The notes under the pieces are model-generated. The model was not told the origin of the DNA and did not search any database. It saw only the letters and a list, made by a program, of their open reading frames with translations. DNA of 64,000 nucleotides from Spirochaetota bacterium (lineage in GTDB: Bacteria > Spirochaetota > UBA4802 > UBA5550): NCBI GenBank assembly GCA_025457915.1, contig JALOTL010000005.1, positions 132,852 to 196,851 of the forward strand. Direction: 5' to 3'. The position numbers and the translations under genes were made by a program. Each line of letters starts with the position of its first letter. Positions within the stretch are counted from its first letter, which is position 1. Shown here piece after piece: positions 40,752-50,742 of the stretch.

Positions 40752-40789
40752 TATAATAACGGGGTTGCAGGAACAACCCCGTTATTATA
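40752..40789. promoter_or_regulatory. Perfect 16-bp inverted repeat (hairpin/operator candidate) in a divergent promoter region
   Basis: TATAATAACGGGGTTG-caggaa-CAACCCCGTTATTATA. No flanking T-run, so not a terminator. Each arm carries a TATAAT hexamer. Confidence 0.5.
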
Positions 40790-41021
40790 ACGGAACCTCT
40801 ATAAATTATTTTTTATGTTACCTTGCGGCCGCTCCTCTATATCCATGTAGACGCGGCATTAGTGTTTCCGTGCACGTCAGGTATAATACTTGATTAAATC
40901 AGGAGGTATGATTTATAATACCAGGTAAACTCCTGATTTTTTAAATGTACCCATAAAGAGTATTAGTTTTTTTTTCAGATTTTTATATATTTAATACAGG
41001 TAAATTTTATACGGTACGGCC

Positions 41022-42467
41022 ATGGGGATATCGCTTCAGGTAGGTTTAAAGCAGACCCAAAAGCTAGCAATGACGCAATCCCTCAGGCAGGCGATAGAGC
41101 TGTTACAGCTTTCAACCCTGGACTTATACGAGAGGATCACGGCGGAACTGGTTGAAAATCCCGTTCTCGAAGAGGATCTGAGCAGCACTTCGCCCTTCGA
41201 TACCGAGGACATGGAATTAGCGGATCAGCTCGGTAATAATCTGAACGGCGAGGATATCGACGCCGACCGGTATGATTCAAAAGAAGAATCCGGTTATGAG
41301 CCGGAGGGATATTCAAGGGATGTGTCTGACGGGAAAAACCTTGACCTGCTGGAAAAGGTGGTGGCGGACCAGGAGACGCTGGCCGATCATCTGATCTGGC
41401 AGGCGCGCATGACGGCAAAAGACGAGCATGAATTTGAAATATACGAATCGATCATAACCGCGCTCGATGAGAACGGATTCCTCCCCCGAGATGCAGAGAT
41501 CCTCAAGGAGAAGAGGGACAAAAACCCCGGATTATTTGACGGGATCAAGGAAACCATAACGCTTTTCGATCCCGTCGGCTGTGCGGTGACGGGAATCAGG
41601 GAAAGCCTGACGGTGCAGGCGCGTCATTTTTATCCGGAGGATGAGGTGCTTCATAAAATTCTCGGCGATCATTTCGTCGATCTCGAAAAGCTCAATTATG
41701 AAAAGATAGCCAGGGATCTCAGCATCCCGATTCCGGTGGTTTCCGAAAAGAGCAGGGTGATACAGGGCCTGGACCCATTCCCCGGGAGGCAGTATTCATC
41801 GAGAAAAACGAGGTACCTGATGCCGGACATGGAGGTTAAAATCGTGGACGGCGAGATCGTAATCACCATGAACGATGAATGGCTCCCGGAGATAAGGATC
41901 AACGCGTATTACACCAACATGCTCAGAAAAAAAAGCATTGATAAAAACCTCAGGAAATATATCCAGGAAAAAGTGCAGTCCGCCCGATACCTTATCAAAA
42001 ACATCTCGTCGCGAAGAAACACGATCAGGAAGGTTGTCTATGCGATCATGGACCGCCAGATGCAGTTTCTCGTCAAGGGCCCTGGAAATCTCAATCCACT
42101 CACGCACCTGGAGATAGCCCAGGAGGTGGGCATGCACGAATCGACGGTCAGCAGGGTCACAACCAACAAGTACGTCCAGACCGGCTGGGGCGTCTTTGAA
42201 CTCAAGGATTTTTTCGTTTCGAGGCTCAAATCAGGCGGCACGGATGATGACAGGTCTTCGGACCAGGCAATGAGCCTGATCAAGGACATCATCGCATACG
42301 AGAACCCTGAAAGCCCTTTCAGCGACGAGGAGATCGCGGAGAGGCTTGAAAAAGCCGGGGTCAGCGCGGCAAGAAGAACTATCGCAAAATACAGGGGTAT
42401 CCTTAATATCCCGTCATCGAACAGGAGAAAAAAAATAAATTTGATCAAATCAGAGGAGATACTATGA
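41022..42467 (+). CDS. rpoN: RNA polymerase sigma-54 factor
   Basis: 481 aa. N-terminal region I (LKQTQKLAMTQSLRQAIELLQLS); C-terminal RpoN box ARRTIAKYRG. Confidence 0.9.
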   Translation: MGISLQVGLKQTQKLAMTQSLRQAIELLQLSTLDLYERITAELVENPVLEEDLSSTSPFDTEDMELADQLGNNLNGEDIDADRYDSKEESGYEPEGYSRDVSDGKNLDLLEKVVADQETLADHLIWQARMTAKDEHEFEIYESIITALDENGFLPRDAEILKEKRDKNPGLFDGIKETITLFDPVGCAVTGIRESLTVQARHFYPEDEVLHKILGDHFVDLEKLNYEKIARDLSIPIPVVSEKSRVIQGLDPFPGRQYSSRKTRYLMPDMEVKIVDGEIVITMNDEWLPEIRINAYYTNMLRKKSIDKNLRKYIQEKVQSARYLIKNISSRRNTIRKVVYAIMDRQMQFLVKGPGNLNPLTHLEIAQEVGMHESTVSRVTTNKYVQTGWGVFELKDFFVSRLKSGGTDDDRSSDQAMSLIKDIIAYENPESPFSDEEIAERLEKAGVSAARRTIAKYRGILNIPSSNRRKKINLIKSEEIL

Positions 42468-43267
42468 ACATCACTATCACGGGAAGGCATCTCAATGTTT
42501 CGGACAACCTGAAAGAATATGCCGGAAAAAAAATCAAGAAGCTTGAAACCTACTTTTTGCAACTGATGGACGCCCATGTTATTTTTTACAGGGAAAAACT
42601 GGACAACGGCGCCGAGGTCGTGATAAACGGCGACGGGGTGCAGTTCCACGGCAGGGAGATGGCCGCGGACCTGTATTCGGCGATCGACCTTCTTTTTGAA
42701 AAAATGGAAAAACAGATAGCCAGGTACAAGGAAAGACACCAGCAGCACAAGGGGCCGGATAAAATTGGAGCCGTGTCTTTAAGTTATACCGGAAGCAGGG
42801 GCGAAGAACTGAGGCTTAACCAGGTCAGCAGCAAACCGATAGACAGGATCGAGGCGTATCTACAGATGAAGATCGATAACGGAAATTTCATACTGTTCAA
42901 GCAGGATATTTCCGAGATCGACAAGGAGACCGGATTTTCGAACAAGAATTATGCCGTCATTTTCAAGGATAAAAACAGCGTGAAGATGGCCGAAATCCCC
43001 TATGATAAAATAAAGAGCCAGGAATTCTCGCCGGATTCTATCCACGAGTACAGCCTTGAGGTAATAAGCGATTCCCCGGCCAAGCCCGATATAAAATTCA
43101 CCAAGAGCGGCGCTACAGACGTAAAGCCCATGACTGTGGATTACGCGATGTCGCTGATGAAGGACGGCCAAATGGATCATCTCATATTTTTCAACTCCGA
43201 CACGCATTTCTTCAATGTTATATACAAGAACGGAAAGAACCTGGAAGTCATGGTCCCGGCATTTTAA
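42464..43267 (+). CDS. hpf: Ribosome hibernation promoting factor (long HPF) with duplicated C-terminal domain
   Basis: 267 aa. S30AE/YfiA N-domain. Two consecutive copies of the HPF C-terminal dimerisation motif (KPIDRIEAYLQM...NFILFKQ and KPMTVDYAMSLM...HLIFFNS...NVIYKNGKN). Confidence 0.8.
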   Translation: MNITITGRHLNVSDNLKEYAGKKIKKLETYFLQLMDAHVIFYREKLDNGAEVVINGDGVQFHGREMAADLYSAIDLLFEKMEKQIARYKERHQQHKGPDKIGAVSLSYTGSRGEELRLNQVSSKPIDRIEAYLQMKIDNGNFILFKQDISEIDKETGFSNKNYAVIFKDKNSVKMAEIPYDKIKSQEFSPDSIHEYSLEVISDSPAKPDIKFTKSGATDVKPMTVDYAMSLMKDGQMDHLIFFNSDTHFFNVIYKNGKNLEVMVPAF

Positions 43268-43273
43268 CGCGAT

Positions 43274-44233
43274 ATGGAAGAATGTGAAGCCAAAATATTC
43301 ATCGCCGATTTTCTGGGCGATACGGGAAGGATCGACCTGAAGATCCGGCTTGTTGCCGGCGAGAAGGGGGTAAACAAGCTCATAACGGTCCCGGATATAA
43401 ACAGGCCGGGACTTACGCTCGCGGGCTTTTACGATTTTTTCGCCTTCGACAGGATACAGATATTCGGCCTGGGTGAAACGGCATTCATGCGCCAGATGTC
43501 CGACGAGCAGAAGGAAAAAACTTACGGCAGGTTTTTTTCCTATGACGTTCTCTGCTGCATCTTTACTCACGAAGAGAGTCCCGACCGTGTTTTCATGGAA
43601 TATGCCAACAGGAACAACGTGCCGGTATTCGTCACATCCAAGGGGACCACGAGGTTCATCAGCACGCTCATGCACCTCCTGGACGAAGCGTTCGCCCCGA
43701 CCGTCACGCTGCATTCGACACTGGTTGACGTCTACGGCATAGGCGTGCTTCTGATGGGTAAAAGCGGGGTCGGGAAAAGCGAATGCGCGCTTGAGCTGAT
43801 AGAAAGGGGGCACAGGTTCGTTGCGGACGACATGGTCGTCGTGAAAAGGATCGACGAATCGCTTCTGATGGGAGGCGGGAACCCGCTGCTTCTGCACTAC
43901 ATGGAGATAAGGGGGATCGGGATCATCAACATCAAGGACATATTCGGCATCAGGTCCGTGCGGAACAGGAAAAGGATCGAGCTGGCCGTCATGCTCGAGG
44001 AGTGGGACTCCACAAAGATATACGACAGGCTCGGTCTGGAAGAGAGCATGCATAAAATCCTTGACATCGATGTTCCATTCATAACCATTCCGGTAAGACC
44101 AGGAAGGAACATCCCCATAATAGTGGAAACCGCGGCGCTGAACCAGCGATTAAAAAAACTAGGCACCCATTCCGCGCGGGAGCTTGATGAAAGCCTCAAG
44201 AATCTCATCGGCTCCGGGAAAAGCGAAAAATGA
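43274..44233 (+). CDS. hprK: HPr kinase/phosphorylase
   Basis: 319 aa. P-loop GKSGVGKSECALELIERGHRFVADD; GIGIINIKD motif. Confidence 0.9.
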   Translation: MEECEAKIFIADFLGDTGRIDLKIRLVAGEKGVNKLITVPDINRPGLTLAGFYDFFAFDRIQIFGLGETAFMRQMSDEQKEKTYGRFFSYDVLCCIFTHEESPDRVFMEYANRNNVPVFVTSKGTTRFISTLMHLLDEAFAPTVTLHSTLVDVYGIGVLLMGKSGVGKSECALELIERGHRFVADDMVVVKRIDESLLMGGGNPLLLHYMEIRGIGIINIKDIFGIRSVRNRKRIELAVMLEEWDSTKIYDRLGLEESMHKILDIDVPFITIPVRPGRNIPIIVETAALNQRLKKLGTHSARELDESLKNLIGSGKSEK

Positions 44234-44502
44234 CCGAAAGTGTCGTGATCGTAAAGGGCGATGCCGGGGTGCACGCAAGACCGGCAATGATGCTGGTCAA
44301 GGAGGCGATGAAATACGCCAGGTGCAGCGTGGCATTGATCAGGGGCGGCGTCGAGGCCGACTGCAAATCGATCATGTCCGTCCTGGGACTGGCCATTGTA
44401 TCGGGTTCCAAACTTACCGTCAGGGCGGATGGCGACGGCGAGAGGGAAGCCGTTAAAAACATAGTCGCAATGATAGAAAACAACTTTAAGGACAAGAACT
44501 GA
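44230..44502 (+). CDS. ptsH: Phosphocarrier protein HPr
   Basis: 90 aa. Active-site GVHARPA (His15 equivalent). Ser46 region KSIMSVLGL for HprK phosphorylation. Confidence 0.85.
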   Translation: MTESVVIVKGDAGVHARPAMMLVKEAMKYARCSVALIRGGVEADCKSIMSVLGLAIVSGSKLTVRADGDGEREAVKNIVAMIENNFKDKN

Positions 44503-44541
44503 CGACACGGCCGGCGCTTTGATCGCTTCATCCTTCAGCTG

Positions 44542-46338
44542 ATGAAAAGAATTATTAAAAAGAAATTCACACTGCCCGACGAAAGCGGACTACAGGATGT
44601 AATATTCCTTTTCGGCATCTTCGTATTCATATCCATCCTCATCATCGGCCTCTTCCCGGGACAGAGCATGGGTCTCGTGATCAACAAGGAGTTTTTCATT
44701 TACGCCGTGATGACGATACCTGCGATCGCGGCGATTTATTTCATAATAATGTCATTCAGGAGGAACCTCAATTTTGATTCAGCCTTCATACGGTACAGCA
44801 TAAGGAAGAAGATGGCCCTTGCTTTTATTTTCATGGCCGTAGTGCCGGCCCTTCCCATTGTGCTCGCTTCGAACTATCTTATCAGCCAGACCCTTTCGAG
44901 CCTTTTCGTCGGCAAGACCTCCAGCGCACTGAATGAAGCGGTTACCATGACTGACGAGAGCGTATCCGGCGTTAAAGACTCCATCGACAGGGAGCTCAGA
45001 AACCTTGACCAGATGATGAAGTCCGGGTTTTTCAACCCGTATTCCCCCAGGGACCGCGGCGTCCTGATCAAGGGGATGAAGATAAAGGATCTTGATGCCG
45101 CGTTTTTTACATGCGTCCGGGAAGGCGGATACAACAGGATAGCCGGCATGGACGCCCACGACGACCTGCCCGGCGGCATGAGGGAATTTTTCAGGGTGGT
45201 CGAGCTCGCGGACGGAATGCGGACCGACAGGGTGACCCTTTCAGGCAGGGAATACTTCATCGGGTCCCTGTCGGGCGGCGGGTGGCTGGTGGCCGTTTAC
45301 AAAAAGCTTCCCGAGGGCGCTAAAAAAAGGATGAATCTTTTCAATGCGGCCATCGAGGACTATAAAAATCTCGATTACATCAAGACTTATTTCATGGGAA
45401 GGGTCGGCATATTCCTCCTGGGCCTTTCCATCATGGTTATATTCATCGCGGTGCTGATAAGCCTTTACCTGTCCAAGAACATCACGAGCCCGGTGCTCGA
45501 GCTTTCCCGCGCCGCCAGGGAGATCGCCCATGGCAATTTCAACGTCAGGATGCACAGGGACTCGTACGATGAGCTCGGGATGCTTTACGATTCCTTCAAC
45601 CAGATGGCCTTCGACCTTGAAAGGAACAGGAAGACCATGTACCAGAAGCAGAGGCTGGAGGCCTGGAGGGAAATGGCCAGGCGCCTCGTGCATGAGATCA
45701 AGAATCCGCTGACCCCCATCAGGCTTTCCGCGGAAAGAATGAACAAGAGGTTCCTTGAAAAGCACCCCGACATAGAGGAGATAGTGCTGTCCGGAACCAA
45801 GACCATCATCGACGAGGTCGACGTCCTGATGAAGATACTCGAGGAATTCACCAAGTTCGCGAGGCTGCCGGACATGAAACCTGTAAAGACAAGCATAAAC
45901 AGGCTGATCGAAAACTCGCTTGCTTTTTTTGCCGGACACGAACAGGTGAATTTCATCTCCAATCTCGACGGGAGGATCCCGGACATTTATGTCGACAAGG
46001 TCCTGATGAGGCAGACCCTCACCAATCTGATACAAAATGCCGTGGATGCGATCGAGGACAGGGGCACGGTGGAGATCAGGTCTGAGATTTCCGAATCCGA
46101 GGACGTGAAAACCGTAACGGTCAGGGTGATCGACGACGGGACCGGCATAAAGGAAAAGGACATAGACAGGATATTCGATCCCGGGTTCTCAACCAAGCCT
46201 TCCGGCACGGGCCTCGGGCTTGCGATCGTGGAGAAGATCATCCTTGAGCACGGCGGCAGGATTTCTTGCGTTTCGAATCCCGGCGCCGGCACGCAGTTCA
46301 TCATAGAACTTCCCATGGAGGGAGGCGAAAATGGCTAA
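44542..46338 (+). CDS. Sensor histidine kinase (NtrY-like: TM-sensor, HAMP, HisKA, HATPase)
   Basis: 598 aa. TM segments; H-box HEIKNPLTPI; N, G1, G2 boxes (NLIQNAVDA, DDGTGI, GTGLGLAIV). Confidence 0.8.
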   Translation: MKRIIKKKFTLPDESGLQDVIFLFGIFVFISILIIGLFPGQSMGLVINKEFFIYAVMTIPAIAAIYFIIMSFRRNLNFDSAFIRYSIRKKMALAFIFMAVVPALPIVLASNYLISQTLSSLFVGKTSSALNEAVTMTDESVSGVKDSIDRELRNLDQMMKSGFFNPYSPRDRGVLIKGMKIKDLDAAFFTCVREGGYNRIAGMDAHDDLPGGMREFFRVVELADGMRTDRVTLSGREYFIGSLSGGGWLVAVYKKLPEGAKKRMNLFNAAIEDYKNLDYIKTYFMGRVGIFLLGLSIMVIFIAVLISLYLSKNITSPVLELSRAAREIAHGNFNVRMHRDSYDELGMLYDSFNQMAFDLERNRKTMYQKQRLEAWREMARRLVHEIKNPLTPIRLSAERMNKRFLEKHPDIEEIVLSGTKTIIDEVDVLMKILEEFTKFARLPDMKPVKTSINRLIENSLAFFAGHEQVNFISNLDGRIPDIYVDKVLMRQTLTNLIQNAVDAIEDRGTVEIRSEISESEDVKTVTVRVIDDGTGIKEKDIDRIFDPGFSTKPSGTGLGLAIVEKIILEHGGRISCVSNPGAGTQFIIELPMEGGENG

Positions 46339-47686
46339 GATCCTCGTGGTCGACGACGAGATAAACATTATCAAGACCCTCAGCTCCATCCTTCAGGACG
46401 AGGGCCACATTGTCTACCCGGCAAGGTCCGGCGAAGAGGCCCTGGATTTCATGAGGAAAAACGAAATCGACCTGGTCGTCCTGGACGTCTGGCTCCCGGA
46501 CACCGACGGGATAGAAATCCTCGAGCAGGTGAAGAAGCTGAGCCCGGACACGTCTGTGATCATGATATCCGGGCACGGGTCGATCGACATAGCGGTCAAG
46601 TCCACAAAGCTCGGGGCCTTCGATTTCATACAGAAACCGCCGACGATGGAGAGGGTCATAACGGCCGTGTCCAACGCGCTGGAACAGTCGAGGTTGAGAA
46701 GGGAAAACATAAAGCTGAAAAGGGAATTCCATATCGAAGACGAGATGATAGGCGAGTCCCGGAAGATCAACGAGATAAGAAAGATAATCGAGACCGCCGC
46801 GGCCACTAACGCGAGGGTCCTCGTAACCGGCGAAAGCGGGACCGGGAAGGAGCTCGTCGCGAAGGCGATATATCACAAGTCTAAAAGGTTCGACAAGCCG
46901 TTCATCAAGGTCAACTGCGCCGCCATACCCAACGAACTGATCGAAAGCGAGCTTTTCGGGCACGAGAAGGGGGCGTTCACGGGCGCCGTGACCAGGAGGA
47001 TCGGGAAATTCGAGCTTGCGAACAACGGCACGATTTTTCTGGACGAGATCTGCGATATGAGCCTGGCCGCCCAGTCGAAGGTCCTCAGGGTGCTGCAGGA
47101 GCAGCAGTTCGAGAGGGTCGGCGGGAGCGAGACCATTTCGGTGGACGTCAGGGTGATAGCCGCGACCAACATCGACATAAAAAAGGCCATCGAGGAAGGG
47201 GACTTCAGGGAAGACCTGTATTACCGGCTGAACGTCATCCCGATAATCGTGCCGCCCCTGTCCGAAAGGAAGGGAGACATTCCGCTCCTCGTGAATTATT
47301 TCCTGACAAAATTTTCCGAGGAGCACGGACTCGGCGCGAAGGAGATATCAGAGCCTGTCATGGAGACGCTCATGAACCACAACTGGCCGGGCAACGTCAG
47401 GGAGCTTAAAAACGCCATTGAGAGGCTGACAATAATGGTCCCGCGGGATTTCATATCCGAATCGGACATCATCAAGCACCTGGAATCCGCCAGGGACGCC
47501 ATCGGCTATTCCAGGGACATTTCCACTCTCAAAAAGGCGAGGGACGAATTCGAGAGGGACTACATCATAAGGATAATCAAGATGAACGACAAGAACATCA
47601 CCCTCGCGTCCAGGGCCCTCGGCATAGAAAGGACGAACCTTCACCGGAAAATCAAGAATTACAATATCGACCTGGACAAGATATGA
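46331..47686 (+). CDS. Sigma-54-dependent response regulator (NtrC/NtrX family)
   Basis: 451 aa. Receiver domain (DD...D...K); AAA+ sigma-54 activator (GESGTGKE, GAFTGA, ESELFGHEKG); C-terminal Fis-type HTH. Confidence 0.9.
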   Translation: MAKILVVDDEINIIKTLSSILQDEGHIVYPARSGEEALDFMRKNEIDLVVLDVWLPDTDGIEILEQVKKLSPDTSVIMISGHGSIDIAVKSTKLGAFDFIQKPPTMERVITAVSNALEQSRLRRENIKLKREFHIEDEMIGESRKINEIRKIIETAAATNARVLVTGESGTGKELVAKAIYHKSKRFDKPFIKVNCAAIPNELIESELFGHEKGAFTGAVTRRIGKFELANNGTIFLDEICDMSLAAQSKVLRVLQEQQFERVGGSETISVDVRVIAATNIDIKKAIEEGDFREDLYYRLNVIPIIVPPLSERKGDIPLLVNYFLTKFSEEHGLGAKEISEPVMETLMNHNWPGNVRELKNAIERLTIMVPRDFISESDIIKHLESARDAIGYSRDISTLKKARDEFERDYIIRIIKMNDKNITLASRALGIERTNLHRKIKNYNIDLDKI

Positions 47687-47740
47687 CCCGGGGGAAACGC
47701 CCCTGACCCGGCGTTTCCCGGTATTCTCAAGGATACAGGC

Positions 47741-48421
47741 ATGGATAGGAAATTATACGAAGACATCATCGGCATCCTCATGGATAAATTCAGATCGGAC
47801 CGCCTTATAATATGCAGGGGGGAGGGGGAGACCGGGGCGCTCAGGGCGTTTCTCTCCGGCGGACGCCAGTCGTTTGACGAGTTCATCGAAAAAAAGGATG
47901 AAAAAGCCGATGTGGATGAGATCGTCAGGAACTGCGCCAGGTGCGGTCCGGGACTTGATAAGACTTTCGGCCGCGGAACAGGGAAGAACGGTGTCATGCT
48001 TATAATGAACATGCCTTCGATGGTGGCGGGGATAGAGAAAAAATATCTCGGCCCCGAATCCGACGGGCTTCTGCAGAAAATCGTCAGGGCCGCAGAGCTT
48101 GACATTGCCGACTGCTATGTGACCAGCCTCATAAAATGCGAAAAAGGGGACCCGTCTCTGAGACCGAGCCAGCTTTACAAAAACTGCGAGTACATATTGA
48201 AAAAGGAGATTGAATACTACTCGCCGAAAATCATACTCGTTTTCGGGGATATAATACCCCTCCAGAAGATCATCAAGGACAGCGTTGACATCCACTGGTT
48301 CAACATCGACCATCCGATAACCCTTTTGAAAAATCCCGAGCTGAAAAAAAGGGCCTGGGGCACCCTGAAGCTCGCGATGGAAAAATACGGGGAGATGAAA
48401 TCATCCGGTGTCATTCGCTGA
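47741..48421 (+). CDS. Uracil-DNA glycosylase family 4-like protein (divergent)
   Basis: 226 aa. CARC...C cysteines; motif A-like GRGTGKNGVMLIMNMPS; motif YVTSLIKCEKGDP (compare TNIVKCRPP); motif B-like DHPITLL. Confidence 0.55.
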   Translation: MDRKLYEDIIGILMDKFRSDRLIICRGEGETGALRAFLSGGRQSFDEFIEKKDEKADVDEIVRNCARCGPGLDKTFGRGTGKNGVMLIMNMPSMVAGIEKKYLGPESDGLLQKIVRAAELDIADCYVTSLIKCEKGDPSLRPSQLYKNCEYILKKEIEYYSPKIILVFGDIIPLQKIIKDSVDIHWFNIDHPITLLKNPELKKRAWGTLKLAMEKYGEMKSSGVIR

Positions 48422-50363
48422 CGTATACGTGGGCATCCCGCTGGATGAATGCTTCACTTACCGGGTCCCTGAGGGAATGCATGTTTCCCCGGGAATGAGG
48501 GTGAGGGTGGATTTTTCCGGAAGGGCGATGACCGCCTTCGTGCGCAGGGTGCACGGTGAAACTCCCGCGGACTTCGATCCGAAGGACCTGGTGGAGGCCG
48601 TGGACCCCGCGCCCATATTCGACACGCGCCTGCTTGACCTCTGCGGGCGGATATCATCCGACTATCTTTCTTCCGTCGGGGAGGCGCTGTCAATGGCCCT
48701 TCCGTCCGGGCTCAAACCCTCGTTCAGGTTTAAAACGCTTCCCGACCCGTCCGGCCCGGGGATAATCCTGAACGAAGAACAGTCCGCTGTTTACGGCGCC
48801 ATAATGCGCGGCGTCTCCGGTGGCGATCCGTATCACCTGATATTCGGGATAACCGGGAGCGGAAAGACCGAGGTCTACATGGAGCTCGCCAGGAGCGTCA
48901 TTGCCGCGGGGAAATCAGTCATATACCTGGTCCCGGAGATTTCCATCTCCTCCCAGATTTTCGAGAGGCTGGGCAGGGTTTTCGGGAGCCAGCTACTTGT
49001 GTACCACAGCCATCTCACGCCCAACCAGAGGCTCGGGAGCTGGATGAGGTTTTATTCCGGCGAGGCGAAGATAGCGGTCGGTACTAGATCCGCGGTTTTC
49101 CTGCAGTGCCCGGACCTCGGGCTCGTTATCATCGACGAGGAAAACGACGGGTCGTACAAGGAACACAGCACCCCGAGATACAACGCCAGGCGCGTCGCGG
49201 TCTACAGGTGCAGGGACGAGGGTGCGGCGCTGGTCATGGGATCCGCCACCCCGTCCATAGAAACGCTGCACTCGGCGGAGAGCGGGGTCTTCAGGCTCCA
49301 CAGGCTCACCGGGCGTTATGGGGGGGCCAGGCTTCCGGAGATAGAGGTCGTTAAGATGAAATCTTCACGGCCTTCGGACCTCATCACCCCGACCCTGAAG
49401 CTCGCCACGAAAAAGGCGATGGAAAACGGCAAGCAGGCCATTTACCTTCTCAACCGGCGCGGTTTTTCCCCGCTCGTGCTTTGCGGGGACTGCAGGGAGG
49501 CCGTTTCATGCCCCAACTGCAGCATAAGCATGAACCTGCACAGGGACGGAATGCTCTGCCACTACTGCGGGCTCAGGCGCCCGTTCCCGCGCGTCTGCGA
49601 CAAATGCGGGTCCCGGGAGATGCACAGGATCGGGACCGGCACGCAGAGGATGGAGGACCTCCTCGACATGAATTTTCCGGGGGTGAGGTCGTTCAGGCTC
49701 GACCAGGACAGCTCCAGGAAAAAGGGCTCGGTCCCGGATCTCATCGAAAAAATGAAGGAAGGCGAGATAGACATACTGCTGGGGACCCAGATGGTGGCGA
49801 AGGGCTTCGATTTCGGCAACGTTACGGTCGTGGGCGTTATCATGGCGGATATCGGGTTGAAGATGCCGGATTTCCGTTCCTCGGAAAGGGTGTTCGCGCT
49901 TCTCATGCAGGTGGCCGGGAGGTCGGGCAGGAGGGAAAGCCCGGGACGGGTCATTATACAGACGATGAACGACGACCAGGAAATCTTCAGGTTCATAAGG
50001 GACCACGATTATTACGGCTTTTACCGGCACGAGCTTGAACTCAGGAGGGCGATGGAATACCCTCCCTTCGTAAGGATGGCAAGGTTGCTCGTCAGGGGCA
50101 GGGACGATGCCAGGGTTTCCGAGGGTATTTCCAGGCTGGCCGAAGCAGTCAGGGAAGCGGCCGGGACTTCCGGCGCGGACGTGAAGATGCTGGGGCCCTC
50201 GTCGGCCCCGTTCACGAAGATCGGCGGGAACTACCGTCATCACATCATACTCAAATCTAAAAACACCGACGACCTGAAGAGCGTAATCACGCGTTCGAGA
50301 GGGTCGATGACGTTCAGGGACCTGTACCTGGAAATCGACATGGACCCCTATGAAATCATGTAG
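48408..50363 (+). CDS. priA: Primosomal protein N' (replication restart helicase)
   Basis: 651 aa. Walker A GITGSGKTEVY; DEEND(G); Cys-rich zinc-binding insert CGDCREAVSCPNC...CHYCG...CDKCG. Confidence 0.9.
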   Translation: MSFADVYVGIPLDECFTYRVPEGMHVSPGMRVRVDFSGRAMTAFVRRVHGETPADFDPKDLVEAVDPAPIFDTRLLDLCGRISSDYLSSVGEALSMALPSGLKPSFRFKTLPDPSGPGIILNEEQSAVYGAIMRGVSGGDPYHLIFGITGSGKTEVYMELARSVIAAGKSVIYLVPEISISSQIFERLGRVFGSQLLVYHSHLTPNQRLGSWMRFYSGEAKIAVGTRSAVFLQCPDLGLVIIDEENDGSYKEHSTPRYNARRVAVYRCRDEGAALVMGSATPSIETLHSAESGVFRLHRLTGRYGGARLPEIEVVKMKSSRPSDLITPTLKLATKKAMENGKQAIYLLNRRGFSPLVLCGDCREAVSCPNCSISMNLHRDGMLCHYCGLRRPFPRVCDKCGSREMHRIGTGTQRMEDLLDMNFPGVRSFRLDQDSSRKKGSVPDLIEKMKEGEIDILLGTQMVAKGFDFGNVTVVGVIMADIGLKMPDFRSSERVFALLMQVAGRSGRRESPGRVIIQTMNDDQEIFRFIRDHDYYGFYRHELELRRAMEYPPFVRMARLLVRGRDDARVSEGISRLAEAVREAAGTSGADVKMLGPSSAPFTKIGGNYRHHIILKSKNTDDLKSVITRSRGSMTFRDLYLEIDMDPYEIM

Positions 50364-50742
50364 ACCGCCGGCGTCAGGACCGCGAAAAAGCCTGCAATGA
50401 AACCTGTTCCAGGTGCATGGAAAGAGCCGCCAGGGTGGTGGACAGGGAGAAACAGGGCGAACTCGAGGCCGGGGTGAAGGATACGGCAAAGGAGGAGGCC
50501 TGCCAGGCGGCCAGGGACGAATGTGTCAATAATTGTTAGAGGTCCCCGGTTTATTGTATCGATGAATTTCATCACCTGAACAAACAGGCTGGATGTTTGC
50601 CTGGAGCGTCCATAAATATATATTATTGTCTTGACACGGAAGGCCTTTGCTAAAAAATGTTAATCAACGAGCGGTTTTATAATTAAATTTTAAGTATAAA
50701 AAATTTAATAAAAACCGTCAAATTTTTCTGGCAAGGCCTTTA

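Noticed and set aside
50427-50549. 40-codon Cys-containing small ORF (MERAARVVDREKQGELEAGVKDTAKEEACQAARDECVNNC) in the spacer before the giant gene
   Set aside because: No convincing RBS and below the size where I can support a call. It could be a real micro-protein but there is no evidence.
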